Assembly: GCA_031370565.1 (NCBI GenBank)
Contig: JANMQO010000296.1
Span: 1-36,445 of the forward strand
Origin: Chloroflexota bacterium
GTDB taxonomy: Bacteria > Chloroflexota > Limnocylindria > Limnocylindrales > CSP1-4
Direction of reading: 5' to 3'
DNA length: 36,445 nt
Made by a program: the position numbers and the translations under genes. A model generated the notes under the pieces. It made no database searches and was not told the DNA's origin. It saw only the letters and a program-made list of their open reading frames with translations. This document shows positions 17,556 to 25,433 of this stretch, in pieces (position 1 is the stretch's first letter; every line of letters begins with the position of its first letter).

Positions 17556-19003
17556 GCCAGGTCCTCCCGCAAGGCGTCGACCAGCACGTCCAGGCCGATC
17601 CCCCGCGAGGCTTTGACGAGGACCACGTCACCCGCCACCAGGCGCGGCCGAAGCAGCTCACGGGCAGCCGCCCGGTCGGTGACCTGGTAGATGCGATCGG
17701 CTTCCAGACCGGCTTCCAGCGCGCCGTCGGCAATCCCTCGGGCTCCGCCCCCAACGACCACGAGCAGGTCGGCCACCCTGGCCGCCGCCCGACCGACCGC
17801 CCGGTGACCTAGGTCGTGCCCGACACCCAGCTCGAGCATCTCGCCGAGGACCGCAACGTGCCGGCCCGGCAACCCGGCCAGGACGTCGAGTGCCGCGAGC
17901 ATCGATGCCGGCGCCGCGTTGTAGGAGTCGTCGATGATGGTCACTGCTCCCAGACGGACCAGCTCACCGCGATGCGGCGGGGCGACGCTGCCAGCCAGGC
18001 CGCGCTCGATCTCGCCGGGAGGCAGCCCCGCCGCCAAGCCCACGGCCACCGCCGCCAGGGCGTTGTGGACGGCGTGCCGCCCGAGCATCGGGATGGTCAT
18101 CGGCCGGCGCCAGCCCGCGGTCCGGACGACGAAGCGCATCCCCTCAGCGGCGCCCGACTCCACCTCTTCGGCGCCCACGTCGGCGTCGGCGGCGAAGCCA
18201 TAGGTGACGATCCGGGCAACCGTTCGAGTGGCCATCCGTCGGACCCGCGGGTCGTCCGCGTTGAGAACGGCCGTGCCGTCCGGCGGCAACCCCTCGACCA
18301 GGCGGCCTTTCTCGGCTTCGATCGCCTCGATCGTCCCGATTCGGGACAGGTGGACCGGCTGGACCGACGTCACCACGCCGATCGACGGTCGAGCGATGCG
18401 GACGAGCTCGGCAATCTCACCCTCAACGTACATGCCCATCTCGAGGACCAGCGCCTCGTGTTCGGCAGCCAGCCGCAGCACGGTCAGTGGCAGGCCGATC
18501 TCGTTGTTCTCGTTGCCGGCGTTGCGCAGCGTGCACAGCCTGGTCGCCAGGACATCCGCGACGGCCTCCTTGGTAGAGGTCTTGGCGAGGCTGCCGGTGA
18601 TGCCCACGGTCAGTGGTGCGAAGCGCCGTCGCCAGGCCGCTGCCAGGGCGTGCAGGGCGGGCAGTGGCGCTCCGACGCGGAAGACGCTCACGTTGCCAAG
18701 ACCAGCGGGGAGCGAGCCCGGTCGGCTGACCAACAGGGCGCTCGCGCCAGCCTCGACTGCTGCCATCAGGTGGTCGTGGCCGTCCGTGCGCTCGCCGGGC
18801 AGCGCCACGAACAGATTGCCGGGCTGGACAAGACGGGAGTCCACGGCGGCGCCGCGAATCAATCGTCCGCTGTCGCGTTCGAGTCGTCCGCCGCTGATCC
18901 GGGCGATCTCCGAAGGGGTGAACGCCGACACCGACCCGGCCGAGGGCAGCGGCGGCGACAGCTCGTCGGTCACGCTGGCCAGTGTCGCACAGGCGCCGCT
19001 CAC
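17552..19003 (-). CDS. murF: UDP-MurNAc-tripeptide--D-Ala-D-Ala ligase
   Basis: DSR, GERTDGH, TGSLAKTSTKE, NNEIGLP, LEMGM, DDSYNA, LGEMLELG, VKASRG. GTGA overlap with ftsI. Confidence 0.95.
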   Translation of the reverse strand: MSGACATLASVTDELSPPLPSAGSVSAFTPSEIARISGGRLERDSGRLIRGAAVDSRLVQPGNLFVALPGERTDGHDHLMAAVEAGASALLVSRPGSLPAGLGNVSVFRVGAPLPALHALAAAWRRRFAPLTVGITGSLAKTSTKEAVADVLATRLCTLRNAGNENNEIGLPLTVLRLAAEHEALVLEMGMYVEGEIAELVRIARPSIGVVTSVQPVHLSRIGTIEAIEAEKGRLVEGLPPDGTAVLNADDPRVRRMATRTVARIVTYGFAADADVGAEEVESGAAEGMRFVVRTAGWRRPMTIPMLGRHAVHNALAAVAVGLAAGLPPGEIERGLAGSVAPPHRGELVRLGAVTIIDDSYNAAPASMLAALDVLAGLPGRHVAVLGEMLELGVGHDLGHRAVGRAAARVADLLVVVGGGARGIADGALEAGLEADRIYQVTDRAAARELLRPRLVAGDVVLVKASRGIGLDVLVDALREDLA

Positions 19004-20826
19004 TGGCCCGGCGGCGCGCTCGTCGGGGACGGCTTGGGCAGATCAAGCGTGGCCATCGAGTCGGTCGCGATCCGGCGGAACAGCGCATACGATTCGACGG
19101 CCAGCGGCAGGTTACCCTGGCTGATCTGGAGCGGCCTGGGCTCGTGGATGACGACCGCGATGACCAGTTCCGGTTGACCCCGGCCGATGTAGCCAACGAA
19201 TGTGTGATTGAACCGGTCGTTCATCCAGGCACCTCGCCCGTGGTTGGCCCTGGCATCCCAGATCTGGGCCGTGCCGGTCTTGCCACCCACGTCGAACCCC
19301 TTGATCAGTGTCTTGGCGGCATACCACGGCACGGTCTTGACGACGTGGGCCATCAGGTCGACCATCATCCGGCTGACCACCGGCGAGGTCACCCGGGTGG
19401 GCTCCGGACGCGGGACGTCCTGACTGCCGATCCCCTCCACGACATGCGGCTGGACGAGCGTGCCGCCGTTGACCAGCGCCGCGTAGGCGATGGCGAGTTG
19501 GAGCTCCGTGACGGCCACGCCCTGCCCAAAAGATCCGTTGGCCAGGTCGATTTCGCGCCAGGGCGTGATGGCTGGATCATTGACGATGCCGGACGCTTCC
19601 CCGGCCAGGTCGACGCCGGTCGGCTGACCGAACCCGAAGCGCGCCCAGGTCCCGGCCAGAATGGACGAGGCTTGCGCGAGCGTGGGCGCCAGACCCAGCG
19701 CGATGCGCGCCGCGCCCACGTTGCGCGAGTAGGCCACGATGTCCTGTGCCGGCAGCCAGCCCATCGGTCGAAGATCGGCGTCGGACACCCTGGCTTTCCC
19801 GCCGTCCAGCAGCATCGTGCCCGTGTCGTGGATCTTGGTCAGCGGGGTAATCGTGCCGCGCTCGATGGCGGCGATCGCCGTGAACATCTTGAACACGGAA
19901 CCCGGCTCGTAGATGTCGGAGACGATGGGATCGATGAATCGAGAGGGATCCTTGAGTGCCACGGCCCCGTAGTTGTTGGCGTCGTAGGACGGATAGCTCG
20001 CCTCGGCCAGGATCGCGCCACTGTTCGGGTCGAGCACGACCGCCGAGACGCTGACCGCCGAATCGGCGGTGTAGGCAGCCAGCACCTCCTCCTCGATGGC
20101 CAGCTGCAGGTTGCCATCGATGGTCAGCCGGAGGTCCGCACCGGGCACGCCCGGGCTGATGATCTGGGCCGTATCGGTCATCGGGCGGCCCAGGCTGTCA
20201 CGGTCGGCGAAGAGGACCTGGGGCGAACCGGCCAGCTGCTTCTGGTACCACTGCTCCACGCCGTACTGACCCTGGCCGTCGTGATTCACGAAGCCCAGCA
20301 GATGCGCCGCCAGCGAGGTTCCGGCCGCCGCGCCCTGCTGCGGGTAGACCCGAACGGGCTCCGGTTCCAGACTGATGCCCAGGCCACGCAGGTCGCCGTC
20401 GGTACTGGAGCTGCGGATGCGATCAGCGGTCGCCTGGTCCACGTCGCGGGCGAGGATGACGTACGGCCTGCCCGTCTGCAGTGCGTTGGCGAGGACGGTC
20501 GCCGCGTCCGGATCGAGACCCAGGATGGCGCTCAGCGCGCTGGCGGCAGCACTCCGTTCGGCCGGCGTGAGCTGATCCGCCGCCGCCACTACCCGGTAGC
20601 GGGTGATGGTCGTGGCCAGCACCACGGTGCCCGTGCGATCGAAGATCGTGCCCCGTCGAACCGGTTGTTCAAAGCGGGCGGTGCTCTGACGCAGGGCGGC
20701 CAGGGACAGGCTGTCGTACTGGACAACCTGCCACCACGCCAGACGTCCCAGGAGCGACACGCCAATCAGGCCGAAGGCGACCAGGACGACGAGCAGGCGT
20801 GGCCGGGAATCGGTCCGTCCGGACAT
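19000..20826 (-). CDS. ftsI: Class B penicillin-binding protein (FtsI/PBP3-type)
   Basis: N-terminal TM, RGTIFDR, GVEQ, LTID, and catalytic motifs SxxK (GSVFK), SxN (SRN), KTG (KTGTAQ). Confidence 0.95.
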   Translation of the reverse strand: MSGRTDSRPRLLVVLVAFGLIGVSLLGRLAWWQVVQYDSLSLAALRQSTARFEQPVRRGTIFDRTGTVVLATTITRYRVVAAADQLTPAERSAAASALSAILGLDPDAATVLANALQTGRPYVILARDVDQATADRIRSSSTDGDLRGLGISLEPEPVRVYPQQGAAAGTSLAAHLLGFVNHDGQGQYGVEQWYQKQLAGSPQVLFADRDSLGRPMTDTAQIISPGVPGADLRLTIDGNLQLAIEEEVLAAYTADSAVSVSAVVLDPNSGAILAEASYPSYDANNYGAVALKDPSRFIDPIVSDIYEPGSVFKMFTAIAAIERGTITPLTKIHDTGTMLLDGGKARVSDADLRPMGWLPAQDIVAYSRNVGAARIALGLAPTLAQASSILAGTWARFGFGQPTGVDLAGEASGIVNDPAITPWREIDLANGSFGQGVAVTELQLAIAYAALVNGGTLVQPHVVEGIGSQDVPRPEPTRVTSPVVSRMMVDLMAHVVKTVPWYAAKTLIKGFDVGGKTGTAQIWDARANHGRGAWMNDRFNHTFVGYIGRGQPELVIAVVIHEPRPLQISQGNLPLAVESYALFRRIATDSMATLDLPKPSPTSAPPGQ

Positions 20827-20862
20827 GCTCAGCGAGACCGCTCGGCGAGGTTCATCGGATGC

Positions 20863-21234
20863 CTAGCGAGCTGTGACGACGAGTGGCTCGGCCAGCTGGT
20901 CCAGACCCAGATCGATGGCCTGCTTGCGAATGGCCGGGCCCCGTCCGAGACGGTTCAGATCGGTCAGCAATTGCTGGGCCTGCGATTGGTAGTGGGCCTG
21001 GTCGTTGAGCAACCGGTCGATGTCGTAGCCAGTCGCCGACACCCGGACGCTCTGCGCCAGCGAGAAGAAGGCGAGCAGAAACGCCAGCGCGATCGCCCCG
21101 AGCAGAAACCCCACGCGACTCGAGCCGCGCCTGGCCCGGGCGGCCCGGCGCGCTCGACGGCGCGGGAGAGCCGGGCTGTCGACGAGCTGTGGCAGGAAGC
21201 TCGGACGTGAGCGAGCGCCCTGGTAGACGGCCAC
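20863..21234 (-). CDS. ftsL: FtsL-like cell division protein
   Basis: Basic cytoplasmic N-terminus, single TM, heptad leucine coiled coil, AIRKQAIDLGL. Directly upstream of ftsI. Confidence 0.75.
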   Translation of the reverse strand: MAVYQGARSRPSFLPQLVDSPALPRRRARRAARARRGSSRVGFLLGAIALAFLLAFFSLAQSVRVSATGYDIDRLLNDQAHYQSQAQQLLTDLNRLGRGPAIRKQAIDLGLDQLAEPLVVTAR

Positions 21235-21431
21235 TAGTCGCCCAGCGCGAAGCTGAACTGTCGTCGGCCGATCGCGATGTCCAGGAACGAAAAGGCATCG
21301 CGGCCGTGCTCCTCCGGCCGGCGTCCCAACTCGCCGGCGACGACATCGAGCGCCTGCTCCGGCCGCTCGCGGACTTCGTGCTGGCGACGACCGTAGGACC
21401 GGCGGCGGCTGACCTGGTGACGCTTGCTCAT
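21234..21431 (-). CDS. Uncharacterised 65-aa Arg-rich protein inside the dcw operon
   Basis: Strong SD GGAGGAGG shortly before the ATG. Its TAG overlaps the ftsL GTG (TAGTG). Confidence 0.75.
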   Translation of the reverse strand: MSKRHQVSRRRSYGRRQHEVRERPEQALDVVAGELGRRPEEHGRDAFSFLDIAIGRRQFSFALGD

Positions 21432-21532
21432 GGAAACCTCCTCCGCGCTGATGAGTGCCTGGGCAGTGGAGCTGTCGCTTGGCGGGCCGTGGCCGCGTTC
21501 GTCGGCCGCTCGCGGTGGTGGTCCGCTGTCGT

Positions 21533-22474
21533 CTAGGCAGCCATCCGTTCGGCGGCTCGCAGGCGGGCGCTGCGGGCGCGGGGATTGAGGCGGAGTTCGG
21601 CCTCGGACGGCGTGATCGACTTGCCGAGGAGCCGCAGGCGTGGCACCCGACCGCAGACGCAGATGGGCACGGCCGGCGGGCAGATGCAGCCCTTCCGTTC
21701 GCCTTCCATGAAGCGCTTGACGATGCGGTCCTCGAGCGAGTGGTAGCTCAGGACCACCAGACGGCCGCCTGGCCGGAGCAGGTCGAGCGCTGCCGCCAGC
21801 GCCGTCTCCAGGGCCGCCAGCTCCGCGTTGACTGCGATACGCAGCGCCTGGAAGACGCGGGTCGCCGGATGGATTCGCCGTCGACCCGGAGGACCGCCCG
21901 GGGCGACTCGTCCGACGAGCGCGGCCAGGTCCTCGGCCGTGGTGATCGCGGCGGTGCGGCGCACGTCAACGATCGCCCGGGCGATGCGGCCGGCCTGGGG
22001 CTCCTCGCCGTAGCTCCGAAAGAGGGTGGCCAGCTCGGCCGCGCCCAATGTCGCCAGCAACTCCGCGGCCGGTACGCCACGGGAGGCGTCGAAGCGCATG
22101 TCGAGGGGCCCACCGGTCCGGATCCCGAAGCCGCGCTCCACGTCCGCCAGCTGGAAGCTCGACAGGCCCAGATCGAACAGGAGCCCGTCCACCGCGGGGA
22201 AGCCAGCCTCCGGCGCGACCGAGGCCAGCTCCCGGAAGTTCGCCTGTCGCAGCACGAGCCGCGGCCCGAACCGGGCGAGCCGGTCACGCACCCTGGCGAT
22301 GGCCGCCGCATCGGCGTCAAGGCCAAGCACACGGCCGTCGGGGCTGGTCGCCTCCAGGATCCGCTCGGTGTGCCCACCGCCACCGAGCGTGGCGTCGATC
22401 TGAAGGCTGCCGGGAGCGGGCGCGAGCATCATGACGACCTCCTCCACCAGCACCGGCAGGTGCTCACCCTTCAT
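21533..22474 (-). CDS. rsmH: 16S rRNA m4C1402 methyltransferase
   Basis: HLPVL, DATLGGGGH, DLGLSSFQL, PLDMR, HPATRVFQALRIAVN, SYHSLEDRIVK, NPRARSARLR. Confidence 0.98.
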   Translation of the reverse strand: MKGEHLPVLVEEVVMMLAPAPGSLQIDATLGGGGHTERILEATSPDGRVLGLDADAAAIARVRDRLARFGPRLVLRQANFRELASVAPEAGFPAVDGLLFDLGLSSFQLADVERGFGIRTGGPLDMRFDASRGVPAAELLATLGAAELATLFRSYGEEPQAGRIARAIVDVRRTAAITTAEDLAALVGRVAPGGPPGRRRIHPATRVFQALRIAVNAELAALETALAAALDLLRPGGRLVVLSYHSLEDRIVKRFMEGERKGCICPPAVPICVCGRVPRLRLLGKSITPSEAELRLNPRARSARLRAAERMAA

Positions 22475-22524
22475 CTCGTCTCCAGACCTCTTCGACGGAT
22501 CCCGAGCGGACCCTGGAAGCGCAT
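22471..22524 (-). other. Possible 17-aa upstream ORF overlapping the rsmH start
   Basis: ATG 22524 reads MRFQGPLGIRRRGLETR*, and its TGA overlaps the rsmH ATG (ATGA). No obvious SD. Confidence 0.35.
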
Positions 22525-22549
22525 ATGGTTGGGGGCCGCCTCGGCCCGG

Positions 22550-22978
22550 TTAGATACCCAGCCCGGTCAGGTGCACCGCAAGGGCATCCGGAGCAGCCAT
22601 GGCCGCCCGGTACTCATCCCAGGTGGCTGGCGCCCAGATCTCGGCGTGATCTCGCGCCCCGACCACGACGGCGTCGCCTTCGAGCCCGGCCAACTCGCGT
22701 AGCGAGGCAGGCACGACGATCCGGCCCTGGCGATCCAGTTCCACCTCGTACGCGCTGGCGAACAGCGATCGGCTGAAGTTGCGGGCACTCGGGTCCGCAA
22801 TGCCCAGAGCACCAACCCGGTTGGCCAGTGCCTCGAATTCAAGCTTCGGGAAGATGGCCAGGCAGGTGTCTACCCAGCGCGCCACGTAGACGCCGCCGTC
22901 GAGCTGCGGGCGGAACTTCGCAGGGACGGCGATCCGCCCCTTGTCGTCCACCGAGTGCCGGTACTCGCCGGTGAACAC
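22550..22978 (-). CDS. mraZ: Transcriptional regulator MraZ
   Basis: MFTGEYRHSVDDKGRIAVPAKFR ... LDRQGRIVVP ... GARDHAEIW. Confidence 0.98.
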   Translation of the reverse strand: MFTGEYRHSVDDKGRIAVPAKFRPQLDGGVYVARWVDTCLAIFPKLEFEALANRVGALGIADPSARNFSRSLFASAYEVELDRQGRIVVPASLRELAGLEGDAVVVGARDHAEIWAPATWDEYRAAMAAPDALAVHLTGLGI

Positions 22979-23070
22979 CTGTGGGTCTTCCCTGTCTCAC
23001 GTCAGTGCTGCTCGGAGCTGGTCCTGGCCTGGCTGCGTCCGGGCTGGGCCCGGGACCTGGCTGAACCGTG

Positions 23071-23110
23071 GGACTTCTCCCCACTTAGCGCCACTTCGCG
23101 CCACTTCGCC
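23071..23110 (-). promoter_or_regulatory. MraZ-type binding repeats
   Basis: CCACTT on the + strand (AAGTGG on -) at 23081, 23091 and 23101 with exact 10-bp period, plus a degenerate GGACTT at 23071. Matches the known GTGG-core, 10-bp-spaced MraZ operator architecture. Confidence 0.85.
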
Positions 23111-23112
23111 GC

Positions 23113-23140
23113 ATTCTACATCACGGCAGGGACACGTCAA
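23113..23140 (-). promoter_or_regulatory. sigma70-type promoter of the dcw operon
   Basis: TTGACG (23140-23135) - 16 nt - TAGAAT (23118-23113), immediately upstream of the MraZ boxes. Confidence 0.7.
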
Positions 23141-23266
23141 TGCTCCAGACGCACGAAATTCGGGAGAGCTGCCGCTGCGGCTGGTGGGCGCCCGGCAGGT
23201 GGGCGCCTCGGCAGGTCGGGCCTCCGGCAGATGGGCGCCTCGGCGGGTCGAGTCGGCGCGGACCGA

Positions 23267-24133
23267 TCAGGCCGGCGGCAGCGGGACCCGGAGGATGTCT
23301 CCGACGTGGAGGAGGTTCGGATCGCTGATCTCCGGGTTGGCCGCGCGGAGTGCCTGCGGCGTGATCCCGAAATGCCGTGCGATGGACGTCATCGTGTCCC
23401 CGGATCGGACTCGATAGACGTAGCAGTTGGGTCGGTCAGGGCAGGGATCCAGACCGGCGTAGGCGGTCGGCAAGGCAGCCGAGGAAGCCGCCGGCGTGCC
23501 GGCCGGGCTGAGCGACGGCGTGCCGGCCGGGCTGGGCGACGGACTCTGCGACGGCGGCAAGGAGACACTCGGCGGCGGCGGCGACGCGACAGGCCCGCCG
23601 GCCGACGCTACGGCGCTCTCGGTAGCCAGTTCCCCCGCCGGCAGGGCCAAACCGCCGCGGATCGAAAGGAACGCAAAGGCAACCGCGAGTGCCGCCAAGA
23701 GCAGGATCGACGCGATCACAGTAGGCGATGGCAGCGAGCCCGTCACCGCGGCGCGTCGATACCGGGACCGGGCCCATCGACCCGCCGCGACGGGGCGCTC
23801 GGATGGCTCGGCGGCAGGGATTGTGCCCGGGGCCAGGCCCGGGGACGGAATGGCCCGACCTGCCCCAACGCCGGCTCGAGCGCGGCTGCCTCGTGGCGCG
23901 GCCCCGGATCGGATGAAGAGCGGGCAATCGGCATGGGCGCCGTCCAGGCAGACAAGCCGCTGCTGGAGCAGCCCGATGGCGCGCGGCGGTGTCCATGCCC
24001 CGCAGCGGTTCGCCGCATCGGGTGCCGCCAGCCGACGTTCGGCGCCGCTCGCCTGGACCAGCAGCGGGCAGACGTCCGATGCCGAGGACGGTGTCCGACC
24101 AGGCTCCGACAGATCCGGGGCGAGCTCAGCCAC
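23267..24133 (-). CDS. Membrane protein with N-terminal 4-Cys domain, TM helix, Pro/Ser linker and C-terminal LysM domain
   Basis: C-terminal YRVRSGDTMTSIARHFGITPQALRAANPEISDPNLLHVGDILRVP is LysM. TM VIASILLLAALAVAFAFLSI. N-terminal C-x21-C-x17-C-x7-C. SD AGGAGG before GTG; -10-like TAGACT at 24190-24185. Confidence 0.88.
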   Translation of the reverse strand: MAELAPDLSEPGRTPSSASDVCPLLVQASGAERRLAAPDAANRCGAWTPPRAIGLLQQRLVCLDGAHADCPLFIRSGAAPRGSRARAGVGAGRAIPSPGLAPGTIPAAEPSERPVAAGRWARSRYRRAAVTGSLPSPTVIASILLLAALAVAFAFLSIRGGLALPAGELATESAVASAGGPVASPPPPSVSLPPSQSPSPSPAGTPSLSPAGTPAASSAALPTAYAGLDPCPDRPNCYVYRVRSGDTMTSIARHFGITPQALRAANPEISDPNLLHVGDILRVPLPPA

Positions 24134-24204
24134 AGGTCCTCCTGCGCGGTCATCGAAGCCGTGTCCGACCCGACGTCGGCGCGGAGTCTAGTACCTTTCG
24201 CTGG

Positions 24205-24234
24205 TTGCCGGTGTAGACACCTCGGTGCTACTGT
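24205..24234 (+). promoter_or_regulatory. Putative promoter of the small Cys protein gene
   Basis: TTGCCG (24205-24210) - 18 nt - TACTGT (24229-24234), with an extended TGn. Confidence 0.45.
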
Positions 24235-24302
24235 GCGCGCCCAGGGGCGGAAGGGGGTCGACGACGTTGCCACAGCTACGAATTCAGGACTGGGACCCTC
24301 CG

Positions 24303-24545
24303 ATGGCGATCGAGCTGCCGCTCGCACCACCGATGCACGATCTGTATCGGCTGGCCGATCAGCGCGTCCGGCGCTGCACCTTCCGTCGACTCGTCGCGGT
24401 CAAGGTCGGAGCGGAGCGGATCTACGAGGCCGAGTGCCTGTTCCCGGAACGGCGCGTGCCGATCCCCCTGGGCGACCTCGAGACCGCGCTGCCGATCTGC
24501 AATTCATGCACGGCTGCCCATATCTTCCGGCCGGACGAGGACTGA
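24303..24545 (+). CDS. Small (80 aa) 4-Cys hypothetical protein, possibly metal-binding
   Basis: MAIELPLAPP...C-x19-C-x20-CxxC...FRPDED. Globular composition with GC3-biased codons; upstream promoter-like motif. Confidence 0.75.
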   Translation: MAIELPLAPPMHDLYRLADQRVRRCTFRRLVAVKVGAERIYEAECLFPERRVPIPLGDLETALPICNSCTAAHIFRPDED

Positions 24546-24595
24546 CCGTCGCGGGCGAGGACGAGCAGTCCTGGACGCCGCCAAGGGGGCCATCG

Positions 24596-25219
24596 ATGGC
24601 AGATGATCGATCTGCAACGCGTCCTGAGCGCGGTCGTCAGCCACGCGTATTTATCGCGATCGCCGTCATGGGGATGATCGCGATCCTCCTGGCCGGCCGG
24701 GCCCTCCGTCCAGCCCCTTTCCAGGGCGCGCCGTTTCCGAGCGTGCCGGCAAAGGCCTGTCGACCGCCGGCGACAGAGGACAAGGGCGGCCAGACACTCA
24801 ACTTCGACTGGCAGGTCGCCGTCGAGGCAGACCGCCCGCAAGGGAGTGTGATCCTGTTCGTCTCGGGCCCCGACACGCTGCTGTGCGTTGTCTCGCGCTC
24901 CCAGGACGGCTCTGTCGGGGCCATCGTCTCTGCAACTGGGGGCCATAGCGGGGATACCCGGTCTGGCCTCACGCTCGATACCGGCATGATCACCCCGGCA
25001 CAGGGGCCCAACATCCTCGTCGGCCGGGTCCCAACCGGGACGGCCATGGTGCGGGTCAGGGCGGACGACGGCGCGGAGGAGATGGCGGCCGTCGGGAACG
25101 GCTACTACCTCGCCTGGCTCACCGTCCCGGCGGTGCCGGTCCGCATCGACGCGCTCGACGCAAGCGGCCATCTGCTCCAGCGGCTCGCAGATGCGAACGG
25201 TCTCCGGTTCCCGGGTTGA
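24596..25219 (+). CDS. Hypothetical membrane-anchored/exported protein (207 aa)
   Basis: 3' part of ORF 22955..25219 from ATG 24596. Hydrophobic VFIAIAVMGMIAILLAG followed by a beta-rich domain with two Cys. Confidence 0.7.
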   Translation: MADDRSATRPERGRQPRVFIAIAVMGMIAILLAGRALRPAPFQGAPFPSVPAKACRPPATEDKGGQTLNFDWQVAVEADRPQGSVILFVSGPDTLLCVVSRSQDGSVGAIVSATGGHSGDTRSGLTLDTGMITPAQGPNILVGRVPTGTAMVRVRADDGAEEMAAVGNGYYLAWLTVPAVPVRIDALDASGHLLQRLADANGLRFPG

Positions 25220-25433
25220 GCACGCGTCCGGAGACAGAACGTCGGTTGTCCGTCGCCGGACCCTCGCCCGCGCCCGCGCGTCGCGGTTTGCGTGTGACGT
25301 GCGTAACGTGGCCACGGCCGGGAAGTCGGGCGGGGCGGGCCAGGGGCCCCTCCTCCGGGATACTCGCAGCGAGCGCGGGCTCGCACCCAACGTCTCCGGT
25401 TGTCCCAGCCAGCTGAGCCGTTCGGGGGGTTTC

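Noticed and set aside
13691-17754. Apparent long fusions (862-aa FtsW ORF, 932-aa MurD ORF; likewise 570..2300, 27242..29227, 22955..25219)
   Set aside because: The N-terminal parts are off-frame reads of neighbouring genes. True starts lie at stop/start overlaps or internal ATG/GTG codons.
22475-22549. Assignment as the actinobacterial mraW RNA motif
   Set aside because: Only CTTCC is present, not the CUUCCCC loop in a clear hairpin. It cannot be called without a covariance search.
25220-25433. Short repeats downstream of rnpB (CCGGAGAC/GTCTCCGG inverted; CGGTTGTCC twice) as a MITE or terminator
   Set aside because: Matches of 8-9 nt are expected by chance in GC-rich DNA. No target duplication or U-tract.
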